Shown here piece after piece: positions 1 through 13,146 of a DNA stretch of 64,000 nt. The position numbers and the translations under genes were made by a program. Below the pieces are notes generated by a model. It searched no databases, had not been told where the DNA came from, and was given only the letters and a program-made list of their open reading frames with translations. Origin of the DNA: Dimorphilus gyrociliatus (Eukaryota > Animalia > Annelida); NCBI GenBank assembly GCA_904063045.1, contig CAJFCJ010000006.1, positions 3,922,408-3,986,407 on the forward strand. Reading direction: 5' to 3'. Position 1 is the first letter of the stretch; each line of letters begins with the position of its first letter.

Positions 1-44
1 TTATTAAACAATTGTATTGAACACTAAAATTGTGAAATCGAGTG

Positions 45-2064
45 CTACGTAGGAGTTGAGGTCGAAGTAGACGACGTAATTGTTGAAGTCGATCTCACCG
101 AAACAACGGCGGTTGATAATTGATGAGGCAGCATTTCAGCCAATTTCTCCAATGCAATTTGGGCTGCCGTTTCCCTGGCCTCGGCTTTGGTTTCGGCTGA
201 TCCATGTGTTACCTATTTGAAAGAAAAGAAATTTAAATTCTTGTAAGTGCTTAATATTAAAAGTAATTACTTGAGGTGGACATGTATTCACTTTCAAAAG
301 AGTAATCACTGCGGTCTTGTCACCTCCTCTGGGAAAATCTGTGTAGGTCATTTCTATATCGAATCTGTCGCATAAGGTTTTTAAGTTCTCTTCAGCTGTT
401 GCTTTTCGTGAGACATCTGCTAAGCCATCCGATTCTCCATTATCTACTAATTGTTTAGCAATAAGAAACATCGTATTAGAATCTCTATTTCCTTTCGTTT
501 TCTTTGTTCCATTATTCATATATAGTAAGCCAGGAGCTAGTTGACAACCTTTTTTATCATCGCTAAAGGATACGTTTTTCTTATCATGCTGTCCTTCACT
601 AGAGTTTCTAATTGCCGGTTTTGATGGTTGCGCCATTTGACGATGATAACCTAAATTTTCAAGCATTTCTTCAGCAGCTGCCCTCTTTGCTAATTTTTTA
701 TTCGGACCCTTTCCAATTGCTATATTTTGGCCAATTTTTACTTGAATTGTAAACTCTTTTTTACGACCCTGTCCTTCTTCACTAATTAAATTATATTCAG
801 GTTCGGTGTCTTTCTTCGCTTGTTGAATGTGAATAAGTCTTGAAATCGGATTTACTTCTTGTCCATATTCAGGGCATGCTTTCTGCTGTTTGATTTTATT
901 TTTACCATTATTTGTATTACGCTTTGGTCTAACGACTATAGAGCTCTCCGGTACCGGAAGACTGCTTAGTTGCGTTAACATCATTTTAGCAGCCTCTTTC
1001 TTTGCTAATTTCTTGGAATTACCACAACCAGATACTTCTTCATTAATTTTCTCGTTACCAGTTTGACCGACAGCAGTGCATAATATCGTAAAAGACTTCA
1101 TATGAGCCGGTCCACTTTCGTTGGCAACTTTAAAATTTAAGTCTAGATGTAGTTTTAAAGCAAGCTCATGCAACTGAGAAATGTTTGATTTTATCGAGGA
1201 TGAAGAATCTCCATTAACAGTATTACTATTAGTCTTATCTGGCGTTTGAGAAGGAAGTGGAAGGGACTTGAGAAGACGCAGAGCTTTAGACGCTGCATCA
1301 TGCTTTGCAGCTTGTCTCGTTGATCCTTCTCCTAGAAATTCACGGGGCCCTACACATACTGACATACAAAAGGTATGTGACAGTCGCGGAGCAGACATTC
1401 CTCGTCCATTTACAAAAGGAGCATTTGGACTTGGCTGCTGGTGGCATTGGACTTGTTTATAAGATACTTTTTCTCCTCGTTTCATGGCGAGAGCATTTAG
1501 TTCAACTGTTGGCGTTATTGCAGGATTTGACCCACTATTGTTCGTATTGGTGGAATTTCTATTCGAGTGTGGTCGGGATTTGAATGTGGGTCGGAGATAC
1601 TTAGTTGACTTTAAAGCTGTATCGGCAGCCTTATGTTGAGCCTTTTTTATACTAGGACCGGAGGCTTGGTAAACTTCTTCACCTAGTTGAAGATTGAAAT
1701 AAAAGACTTTTTCATGGGGTGGACCTTTCTCATCAACCAAAGTATAACAATGGTCTATTTTATTATATCTTGCTAATTCATTAACTAAGCTCATAGGTGT
1801 TTTTTCTTTTGGATTTGATAAACTTGTTGTCGATTGTTGCGATAATGCAGCTGTGTTGGTAAGGGGAACTTCTCCGAGATTCGACGCTATTTGCATTGTT
1901 TGTACAGCAGAATTAGGCATTACTACTGGTCCGGCTGTAAAATTTAATGACAAAAGTAACAAAAAACCCTACTTAGGCCATATCTTACCTGCCGCAAACC
2001 GTAAGTGAGGGGCTCCAAAATATGTCGCGGCAGTTGATGAAAATACTGCAACGTTTTGTTCCAT
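45..2064 (-). CDS. stau: Staufen double-stranded RNA-binding protein (3 exons: 2064-1989, 1934-271, 212-45)
   Basis: Five dsRBD-type modules: TPMSLVNELARYNK, split dsRBD2 ITPTVELNALAMKRGE, KSNISQLHELA..ESGPAHMKSF, NPISRLIHIQQAKK..EPEY, and a C-terminal dsRBD5 completed by exon 3 (VTHGSAETKAEARETAAQIALEKL). The 54- and 58-nt GT-AG introns restore an ATG start (MEQNVAVF) and a TAG stop. Confidence 0.95.
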
Positions 2065-2511
2065 GTTAACCACGTGACTCTACTGCAATGACTTCCTTCA
2101 TTTACATTTCCCAAATAAATTCTCAGGTTTTCAAACGTACCTTTTTATCAATTAGGGAACACAGTGATAGGAGAAACTATTGTATATTATCTTGTGTTGG
2201 TATTCTTTCTAAACTAGGACAAAATTCAGCTAAAAATGAAAAACAGTAAAAGGAACGAAATTACAGACGATCAACGTGAATGATGGTCTGTACCCGACTG
2301 TTCTCCGCACTAAATTTTTATCTGAAAATTTAATGCGGAGCTAGATCCACTCATTCATTCAGAGAAATATTAGTAAATCAGATGTATAACATTGCTTTCG
2401 ATGTAAAAATACAAAAATGGAGTAGTCCTTTCAAAAGAAAAGGAGACATATTTGGTATTTTACGAAAAATATAAATCTTATGTATTTTTGGACACTCTAA
2501 TAAATTGCATC

Positions 2512-5259
2512 ATGGCGGCCTCCAATAAGATATGCTGCAAACATTTTTTAAAGTTATCCGACAAGCCCCTAAGATTTGAACCCGTTAATGAAGTCAATCA
2601 AGTCTTCTTCGATGATACTTTGGGACAGGTGATGGAACTTTAAATTAAAATCAATTCACTTTTCAATTCTTTTTTAAAAAGGTCTTTGCGGTTCGATCAG
2701 GAGGAACTCTCGGTGTTGTTGCTGATAGTTTGGATAAGAAGCTATACAGAAGTTTTCGGTATATTAACTGTAAACATCTCAAATATTCTAAATAATATTA
2801 GCTTTATTCCAGGATGCAAGATAAAGGAAATATCATAGCGATGAAATTTAACCCGTCGTTAACCGTATTAGCTATACAAAGATCTCCAAAATCTGTTGAA
2901 TTTATAAATTTTAACGAAAAGAATGAACCTGTTGAATTTTCAAATTATTCTCAAACATGCAAAGTAATAGATTACTTGAAAATTCAATGCATAGTATACA
3001 AATATATATATCTAGTTCTAAACGATATTTATGTCCCAGAATAAATCCTTCATGATCAGAGGGTTTAACTGGATAACAACGACGGATATAGCTTTTGTAA
3101 CTGACAGTGGGTTGGAACTTTATCAAGTTGTTGCTGAAAAACAAACTGTCCGGTCATTAAAAACTCATAGTGCCCAAGTTAACTGGTTTTGTTATGAAAG
3201 AAAACATTCCATTCTAATTCTCTCAACTGGTATTCTTGGAAATGTACTTTATCCATTTGTTTTTCAGGTAAAATATTTTATTTAATCTATTAAATCAACA
3301 ATTTTTGACCACTAAAAAAAATAGGGAACTCAAGGTATAAAGCTTCCGCGTATTGAAGTTGAAGTTGCTGCTGTTAAACCCCCATCTTTAGTATTATTCG
3401 ATAGACACGTTTCTCTTTTAGAATTGTTAGTAAATATGCTTTCTTCTTATTTATTTAATACTAATTCATTTTAATTTATAATTAGATATGGGCAATTATA
3501 TCTTGCTGTACTTAATCAGAAAATGCAGAAATCTGAAAGTTCACCAATAACAATAGTTTTATATTTAATAAATAAGTAATAAAATTCTTATTAATTACTT
3601 TTCATTATTAAATATTTGCTCTACTAATAAAAAATGCTTAGAGATGGTCCTGCAAAGAAGTTATACATTCTTGAAACAAAGCTACCTGGGAATTTTGCTT
3701 TAAGTAGCGCTGATAATCTTATTGTTTTACATCATCCAGCAACAGAGGTACTTGCATCCTTTTAAATAGTTAGATTATATTTTGTCAATATACAATTTTA
3801 GACATGCTTATTATTTGATATTGCTCTACCTGGTGATAGTGATGGATTTGGTGTAACTCATTTATTACCGATTATTGAGCCACTTCCAATTCAACCTTAT
3901 GACATTCAACTACCATCAAAAGATTTTAAATACGACATGTGTTGGTATATAATTTAATTTATAAGATCCTCCACCATACATTTCTTTTTATTCATTAATT
4001 AGCTACATGGTTAGTTTTTCCGCCAAATATAATAATTGATGCTCGAATTGGATACCTTTGGACTATAATTGTAGACTTACAAGCTTTAGCAGAAATGATA
4101 ACAGATAAACTAAAGCTTATAGATATACTTTCCAGAAGAAGATTCGCAAAAAATTTACTACTAGAAGTTTGCACGTAAAATTGATTGATATATATTCTTT
4201 CTACATCATTCATCCATAGTAAAGTCATCTCTTTTTCTAGGGAAGTTATATCTCCAGAATCACCGTATCCTATTGGTTTAATAGCACGTGTATTTGACGC
4301 CCTAAATAGGAATTATGTTGCTCATAGGAAATCTATTGAGACGGGAAATTCATCTAACGATCCATTTTTACCCTTCAGTCTAATATTAGATCAGAGGGAT
4401 TTATACTCAGGTGTTTTCTATAAAGTCTTCGAGGCTAGAAAGGTTAGTAAAAAAATTTTTAAAATGGCTTAACCAATCCCTTAATATCTTTTATCTCTTA
4501 ATACAGGATATTAGTCATAAATATGCTATTGCAGTTTTATCAGAGTTTGTTCGCTCCTTGAATCAGTATAACATTTATATAGGCGTAAGTAGTGAATTTA
4601 ATCACTTGGATTAAAAATTATTATATTTCTTCTGTACAGGATTTTATACTTGAAGAATTAATAACAAGATTAGTTGATGGGAATCGATGCAATGAAATGT
4701 CACAATTAATAGAGCGTAGTGTATTGGGCGAATCTAAGCGTTTGGTCGGTTATTGAATTAAAGAATTAACAAAGCTTATTCCCAATTTTCTTTCAATAGG
4801 CTTGTCTTCAATTATCTCTGCAAAATATTTATCCTAGAGCCTTACATTTAGCTATAAATATGTTTTCGAAAGAGAATACAGGAGGTCCAGAGTTAATTGA
4901 AATTATGTTAGAAAAACGTCAAATTATCTCGGCTTTAAGATATGTTAGAAAGAATGGATTAGCTGATACAATTAGCGCTAGAAAATTCTTAGACGCCGCC
5001 GTAGAAACAAATGATCCCGCAGTTTTTCACGCTACATTCCTATTCTTCGAACAAAGAAATTTACGACTCAGGGGGGATCCAAGGTACTGGAATAATAAAT
5101 TACAGTTTTTTTTTTTATACTTTAAATTACAGTCAACATCATTCTCTTCTTTCTGATAGATTCGCACCAGGAGAACAATGCGATAGCTACGTATCTCACT
5201 TTGAAAAACTGTTCGGTTGTTCCAGCGCCCTACACCAGACATCTATAGCAAATAATTGA
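2512..5259 (+). CDS. RMC1: Regulator of MON1-CCZ1 (C18orf8/Mic1), multi-exon
   Basis: N-terminal LRFEPVNEVNQVFFDD..QVFAVRSGG, DKGNIIAMKFNPSLTVLAIQRS, and C-terminal Mic1 domain (SARKFLDAAVETNDPAVFHATFLFFEQRNLRLRG..FAPGEQCDSYVSHFEKLFG). Fragments are joined by many short introns. Confidence 0.9.
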
Positions 5260-6646
5260 GATTAACGTTATTATGAAGTTATTTTACTCATCTAGTCTTA
5301 TCTATTACATTGTTTCATTTGTCGTCCAAGTGCAATAACAATTAGAGTGAAGAAATCTATAAAATCTACAATGATTTTATATAGATATAGATAACTAGGA
5401 AAATTATTGTTACTATACAAATTTAACCTGTAAAAATATACAAAATTTAAAATAAAAGAATGGACTATTTTCTAAATCAGCTGATAGTATTTGTTATCTT
5501 CTTATCTATTTGGTAACAAGAGAACAAAAGCTTTTATAGATTTTTGTGGTAAGACTCATTACACTTATGACAAATGTCATAAATACTTGGCATCTTAAAA
5601 ATAGATTATAATATTTTAGAGGAACGTTTATAGGAAAAGATGAATTGTAATAGTAAATCAATTAGATGCTTTTCACATACCAAGTACATACACATTGTAT
5701 ACAGTTTGTATAAATGGTGAAATCTACAAATTATATAATAGGATATTGTTAATTAATCATTTCTCATTTAAATATGAGTTATCCTCCATACAAACTTACA
5801 ATTTGATATTATTAGTATCGCTGAAAAATTGCGATAAGAAATTTTATTTATGTTTGCCTCAACCTTTTCAGTTTTAAAACAAACAACTAAAAATCGATAA
5901 CAATATATTTATCTTGCATGAGGTAATGTTATTTTTAAGGAATACTATTACAAAATATTCAGGCGATTTGGAATAAATTGACGCTTTTTATTAATTACGA
6001 TTCAATTGACTACAAACAGCTAGCTAGAAAGCTAAAGAATACCAATAATCGTTATCAAAAGGGTGTTGGTTATATATTTTATAAAATTCGAAAGAGTTTT
6101 ACCAAATATATCTCTTTGCACAATAACTAGCCTCTACTATTTCTTAATAATTATCATATAACAAATGAATATATCTGCCAAAATAATTACTGCTGTTAAA
6201 AGAAGCCTCTTTAGAGACTACTACAAAGAGAACATAAAATAAAACAAAGTCGTTACATATATCGCAAATATATAGTATAAATGGAGCATTTATCATTTCT
6301 ACAAAGCTAAAAAATGATCTATATTTCCTCTTTTCATTAATATCAATTCAATCACATAAAAAAAAATAAGATTACTATTTTTCTAATCTAAAATAAGAAG
6401 ATGTAAATTATGGCCTTGAACCTACTAAAAACAATAAAAAGAACTCTTTCTTTCAGTACTTGAATCATCATCATTTGCATTTATTTTACATATATAATAT
6501 ATCTCTAGAAAAAATATTGCCATAAAGATCAATTTGTTTAAGCTATAACAAAAAAAATAATGTCACCATTAACTAGATTAATACCTTTACAGCATTGTAC
6601 AAAATATGGATGGAGTGGTTTTTTTTATTAGTGTTTTTATTTATTA

Positions 6647-7561
<915 letters not shown>

Positions 7562-7709
7562 TTATCGAAATGATCAATTATCTTATCAATTCCTATCTTT
7601 GCACATTGATTAAAAACCTTGTCTTTTTTTTTGTTCTCTTGCCCCTTCTAAATAGTTGGTCTGCTGACGTGTAATGAAAACTGGTAGTTCTACTTAAAGG
7701 TGAAGGTCA

Positions 7710-8240
7710 ATGAGTAGTAAGGTACAGTTAACTTTGGCGTTAATTAAGCCATGTGCTTTTGCCCGACCATTTATTCAGAATGATATACAGTGGACGTTGA
7801 TAAAAAATGGGTTTTACATAATAAGGTCCAAGGTTGTCAAGCTGAGTAAAGAATCAGTTTCGGATTTTTACGAAGAACACAAGAAGCGATTTTTTTACAA
7901 TAGGCTAATTCATCATATGTCGGCAGGACCTTTATCTGCTTTAATATTAGCAAAATATGGTGGCATAGCAGAGTGGAGAAGCCTTATGGGACCAACAAAA
8001 GTTTTGAAAACAGTCCACGAACAACCAGAAAGTCTCCGAGGTTTATATGGCCTTAGCGACTCAAGAAATGGTCTACACGGCTCCGATTCGGAAGAAAGCG
8101 CAAAGAGAGACATAGAATTTTTCTACCCAGAAGTGGACTACAATAAATTGTTGAAACAAGTTGATAATTCTATAAAGAACAATCTATTATATTATGATTG
8201 TCAAAAGTATATTCATTGTGAAAGAATACAAGATGTGTGA
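7710..8240 (+). CDS. NME6: Nucleoside diphosphate kinase 6-like, single exon
   Basis: QLTLALIKP start, FYEEHKKRFFYNRL, WRSLMGPTKV..PESLRGLYGLSDSRNGLHGSDS with the catalytic His. Divergent from SLC66A2 with 148 nt between start codons. Confidence 0.85.
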   Translation: MSSKVQLTLALIKPCAFARPFIQNDIQWTLIKNGFYIIRSKVVKLSKESVSDFYEEHKKRFFYNRLIHHMSAGPLSALILAKYGGIAEWRSLMGPTKVLKTVHEQPESLRGLYGLSDSRNGLHGSDSEESAKRDIEFFYPEVDYNKLLKQVDNSIKNNLLYYDCQKYIHCERIQDV

Positions 8241-8941
8241 ATTCTGAAATACCAGTTTCCATTTTTCCTTTAATTAGAAAATATTTATTATACTTTATGC
8301 TTATGGTTTAAAAGTAAAATATATATATATATATATCGTAAGTATGCCTATAAATCCGCTTAAAATGCATTAAATTAAAAAAGAAATTGTTATTAATAAA
8401 ATTAAAGAGGGCTTTTTTTCAGCAGATGTACTTTTAACATTAATCCATCTTTATCTATTTTCATTCTTTATTTTTTCTAATAGATTCTCGAATCCTGCAA
8501 ATATTATCTAATATATCATATTCATAATAGATATATATTTTACACTGTTTATCAGACATTACATAATATACTAAACAAATTTCGAACATATTGAACTTTA
8601 GTCTAACATTTAGTTTATTTTGTTATTGTTATTGTTATTGTTTATTTTTAGAATGGAATAGTAATTCATTATTAAAACAAACACTTTTTACAATCCACAT
8701 AATTAAGTAGATTATATTTAGGAAACACACAATAATTTTTTTTAATTGAGCCGCCCAAACCTTTGACTTTTTATGTTAATTTTTTAAATCGGATTTAAAC
8801 ATATATATATATATATATGCCAAAAAAAAGACAGAACGGATAGAAGAGAAGAGAGAGAGAGAGAAATAATTGATAATTGATTAACTAAATTTTTTGATTT
8901 TCTTATAATGGAATCAATTCAGGTGGAATTAAAAGTTTTAC

Positions 8942-11900
8942 ATGAACTTTAAATCAGAAGATAGATCTCCATCGTCTAATACTTATTTACCATCTAATTC
9001 TCTTTCCGGTTTAAGATGCATGTAATGTATTCTTTATCTTTATATTAGTGGATTCTTATTTTATTTTTTTTTCTATATTTAGACGAATTCCTGACGATTT
9101 GAAAAGTTCTTCTAGCGATAATTCGCTAAGGAGGTATTGAATATTTTCAAACAAACTACATGTATTACCTATATGACTATCTGTTTTTGCGTTTAAAAGA
9201 AAATCAAGAAACATTTCCGAAAAGAAAAGAAGAGATCAGTTCAATTTATTAATTAATGAATTATGGCAAATGGTTTCTTCGAACGGAGAGAAAATGGATA
9301 AAGTATCTATACTGAAAGCTGCTATTGATAGGATCAAAGAACACGGTGGTAATACTCTTTAATAGACAATAGATTCTCCATATACCCTTTTTCCGCGTAC
9401 TTTTTTTAAAAGACGAATCGAAAACATTAAAGGATGATCAATTCAATGAAGAATTAAAGCCGTTCTTCTTCACTGATGTCGAATTCTCCCGATTTATGAT
9501 GGAAGTAAAGATTTTATTTTATATATACTTTTTTTTTTACATGAAAACTTAAATAATATTAAGTAACCATTAATACTTTAATAAGTTTAGTGTTATCCAT
9601 GTTATATCCCCTTATACTTAATATAAATAAAGGCTCTGGACGCAATATTTTTGGTCCTCGATAAATCTGGAACTATTCTTTACGTTTCCCGAACTATTTT
9701 TGGATTATTAGGTTTTGCACAGGTAAGTAATTAGGTTGACAACTTAAAAATATGACTAAACACTTTCATACAGAGTGAAATTGAAAATAAATCGGTTTAC
9801 GATTATATCCATCCCAGCGACTGCAAGAAATTATACGATTTGCTAAATCTGGATGACATTACACTGTACAAGGAGACAGGTTATATTAATTTAATAAAAG
9901 AATAGTAAATAGAAAGGGAGAGTTAAAAAAGATTAAAACTTATTGAGAAAATTGATCAAATGTATATTTAATGAATCTGACGTTTGTTTCTACTTTGCTT
10001 TTATGATAGTCGGATAACAATCCCCGCTTCCATCATTTTCTTAGATCATTAATTGATTTTTTTCTTTCGCTCTGACCAGAGAAGAATCAGAAGAATCAAT
10101 TATGTGTAGAGCTACATATGAAGAGGAGAGATAATGACTACTTTAACGACAAACCCGTATTCCAATTGGTTAGGATTAGCGGTAATTTCCGGCAATACAA
10201 CCCATTTCGTTAGTAATCTATTACAATAAGTATAATTATCATTATTTTTCATTAAAAAATTAATGCCATTTTATAATCGAAATAGTTTTCTGGGCAATCA
10301 GGCCTACACTCCTATTAGTAGATCGCACAGTTAAGAAAATCCCTAAGGGTTTTTTCACTAAGATTGACTAGGGCGACGTCTTGTGGCGTCGTAATTTTTT
10401 TTCATTCTATGCTTCCCTCTAGAAAGAGAAGATGCGATTTTATAAAGTTGGTCCTTTACTGTTTTTAACCTTCTTTATTATCTTAGGTTGGTAATTAATA
10501 ATTGAATTCTCTTATCAACTCTCTCTTTGAAGTATAGCTACAAAGAGAATATGCAAATATAATATCGAAGGCATATTTATATAAAAGAAAACAATAATAT
10601 ATCTTACTTAGGCCTAATCAAGAAGCGCTTTAAGTCGGAACAATTTGATATTCTGCCAATATCCAATGCATCCTTAGATAATAAATTCGACTGTATCAAG
10701 ACGCCTTTAAAATTCTCTATATGTGTCTATGAAGCATCTCGAGATAAATATATCTCAGCATCCCTTAGAGGTACTGGAGTGTGGGAGAAACGTATGAGCA
10801 AGCGTCTACTTAAAGCTTTGTCCTTCAAGAAGAATTCGATTTTAATAGATATTGGAGCCAATATTGGATATTTTACATTATTGGCAGCTAATTTTGGTCA
10901 CAATGTTATTGCAGTGGAGCCAAATCTAGAAAGTGCTAGGAGGTTAAGCGTCTCAGTTGCGTTAAACGGGTTCCACTCGAACGTGACCATCGTTCGGAAT
11001 GCTCTATTTGATAGAATATGCAGGGCGGAAATGACTAGAAACGATGATAATCAAGGTGGAATTTGGATTAAGCGCTGTACCCCGAAAGGAGACGTAAGAA
11101 CAACCTTCCTACAGCATTTATCCGCAATTGTTAGTCCTTCTCAAGTTGGTGTCCTCAAATTAGATGTTGAGGGTTTTGAGTGCAGAGTCTTAGAAAGGTC
11201 AGAAGGATTTTTGAAAACACCTTATATATTCATGGAATGGAATAAAATGTTTATCAAACGGAACCTTTACTCGACTCCTTGCACCGAAGTTCAAATACAA
11301 GCAATGGTTCATACCCTCCTACAAAAAGGATACGTTGCACATGATATCGACAGCGGTACACAACTCGATAATTCTATCTCAGATCGATGGAACTTTCATG
11401 ACATCTATTGGAGATTAAAAGGGATGAAAGAGCTATAAAAATTGCCAGCTAAAAGCTCTGTCTAAGACGAAATAGCGGCTTAAGTTGTAGCTGTCTTGCT
11501 CTTTTTATTCAAATAGTAATCATTTAGGATCTACGAAAAAAATGAGTCCACCATTGGTAGCCTATTTCCAAATCGTAATGCTATTTTGCTCGAGGCCTGA
11601 TAAAACCCAGGATTACTAATAATGTGTTTATAGTAAAGCCAAATTGTTTTGAAATTAATAGGTAACCAAAAGTCGTATCAGGATCCGATAAATCCTTCTG
11701 ATATTAACGAAGAGAGATATTTCAGCTGTAGTATTCGGTTATTAAACGCTACTACTCTAAGAGAATTGGGAGTAGTAGATGAAAAAAATAACGAATTTTC
11801 AACTAGATATAATTTAGAATGGAAGTTTTTATACATCGATCAGAGGTAAACTAGAAATTATTCTCCTAATTTAACTTGAACTTAATTCGAAACAGATGTT

Positions 11901-13069
11901 AGAATATAAACAAGTTTTAATACTTTACAGGGCGCCCTTCCTCATAGGTTACATGCATTTCGAGTTGCTTGGTACCAGTTGTTACCAGTACTGTCATCCA
12001 GATGATATATTGAGTGTCTTCGAAGGACATACTCAACGTAATTCTATTCAATCTTTATAAATAACTCATCAATCAGTCTACTAGTCTTTTATTTTATCTT
12101 ACACTTAGTTCTAAAAGTTGGACAGCACGTATCCAACTTTTATAGATTTTTAACCAAGGGACAACAATGGATTTGGATACGTACTCACTACTTTATTACG
12201 TACAATCAATGGAATTCAAGACCTGAGTTTATCTCTGGTACTCATACTGTTTATAGGTAAGCCAGGGATATATCTCCTAGAAAAAACGAACAAAACTCGC
12301 AACCTTTCGTTCTTTATCCAGCGCATCAAGCGTAAGACAACAATATCAACAGCTTCCTTCGTGCGCATTTTCAGGTAAATTTCTCGTTTTGATTTGAAAG
12401 ATGTGCATCTTGACACATTTCTTTATTCTTAAATCCACTAGAAAAATCAGAATCGCAGAACTTAGATCTTAACTACCCGATGCGTGATCAAGTATTACTC
12501 TCATCTCTTTCTTTAGACTATTATTTATGTGACTTATAATAATACAAAATTGCAGGAGAAGCATGTGTTTTCACTTTCCGAAGCTGCTCCAGTAAATCAG
12601 CAATGCACCTATCAGGTAAAAATAATAAACTCAATTTATAAACAATCAGCCCGAATATCTTTTTACAAACTAGCAAAACATCGAAACATTCAAATTCGAC
12701 GAAATTCCGCGCACCTCGAAAGCTTATATAGACTCAACAACTAGTGATGGAAGGGTGGACTACTATTTAAGGAATCATCCCAATAGGAAACCGTCTGTAT
12801 TCCCAGTAACTTTCCAACAGAGATATTCACCGTCGCAAAGTTAATTTTATATAACAGTAATCTAAAACAGCCATCGTAACTATTGTTATTTTATAGCTAT
12901 ATCAATGAATCCTTCGTCTTCAAAAGAGCACCGAAATTCATTGCTGCAGCAGAATATCTTCTTTGGAACATCATTTTCCAATTATGATATTCATTATGAA
13001 AGTGCAACAAGTGGCGCAGAGTCAAATACGGATTTTACAGAACAGGATTTAAATAACGATTATAAATAA
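8942..13069 (+). CDS. Clock: bHLH-PAS circadian transcription factor CLOCK, multi-exon
   Basis: b[33 protein letters not shown]; PAS-A ([23 protein letters not shown]); [38 protein letters not shown] and [31 protein letters not shown], typical of CLOCK. First in-frame ATG at 8942 joins through a 61-nt intron. Most exons are absent from the ORF track. Confidence 0.92.
10432..11438 (+). CDS. FkbM-family (Methyltransf_21-like) SAM-dependent methyltransferase with N-terminal type II membrane anchor, nested in Clock intron 10182-11661
   Basis: SAM motif [15 protein letters not shown] and KLDVEGFE. Exon 1 reads [18 protein letters not shown](G) and joins by intron 10487-10611 to [26 protein letters not shown], continuous with ORF 10779-11438. 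Confidence 0.85.
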
Positions 13070-13146
13070 AAGTAACTTTTAATAATTTTTTAAATGAACA
13101 AAGATAATAATGATAATAAAAATGATTCTTTTTACACAGAAAATAA

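Noticed and set aside
1268-1583. Plus-strand ORFs 1268-1462 and 1305-1583
   Set aside because: Antisense shadows of the staufen coding exon with no recognisable motifs.
2071-2076. CACGTG E-boxes (also the GATCACGTGATC palindrome at 41235-41246 and one near 46944) as CLOCK targets
   Set aside because: A 6-mer at about chance frequency; many bHLH factors bind it and nothing links these sites to CLOCK.
7710-7760. NME6 has KPC instead of the usual KPD
   Set aside because: A single substitution with the catalytic His motif intact; not enough for a functional claim.
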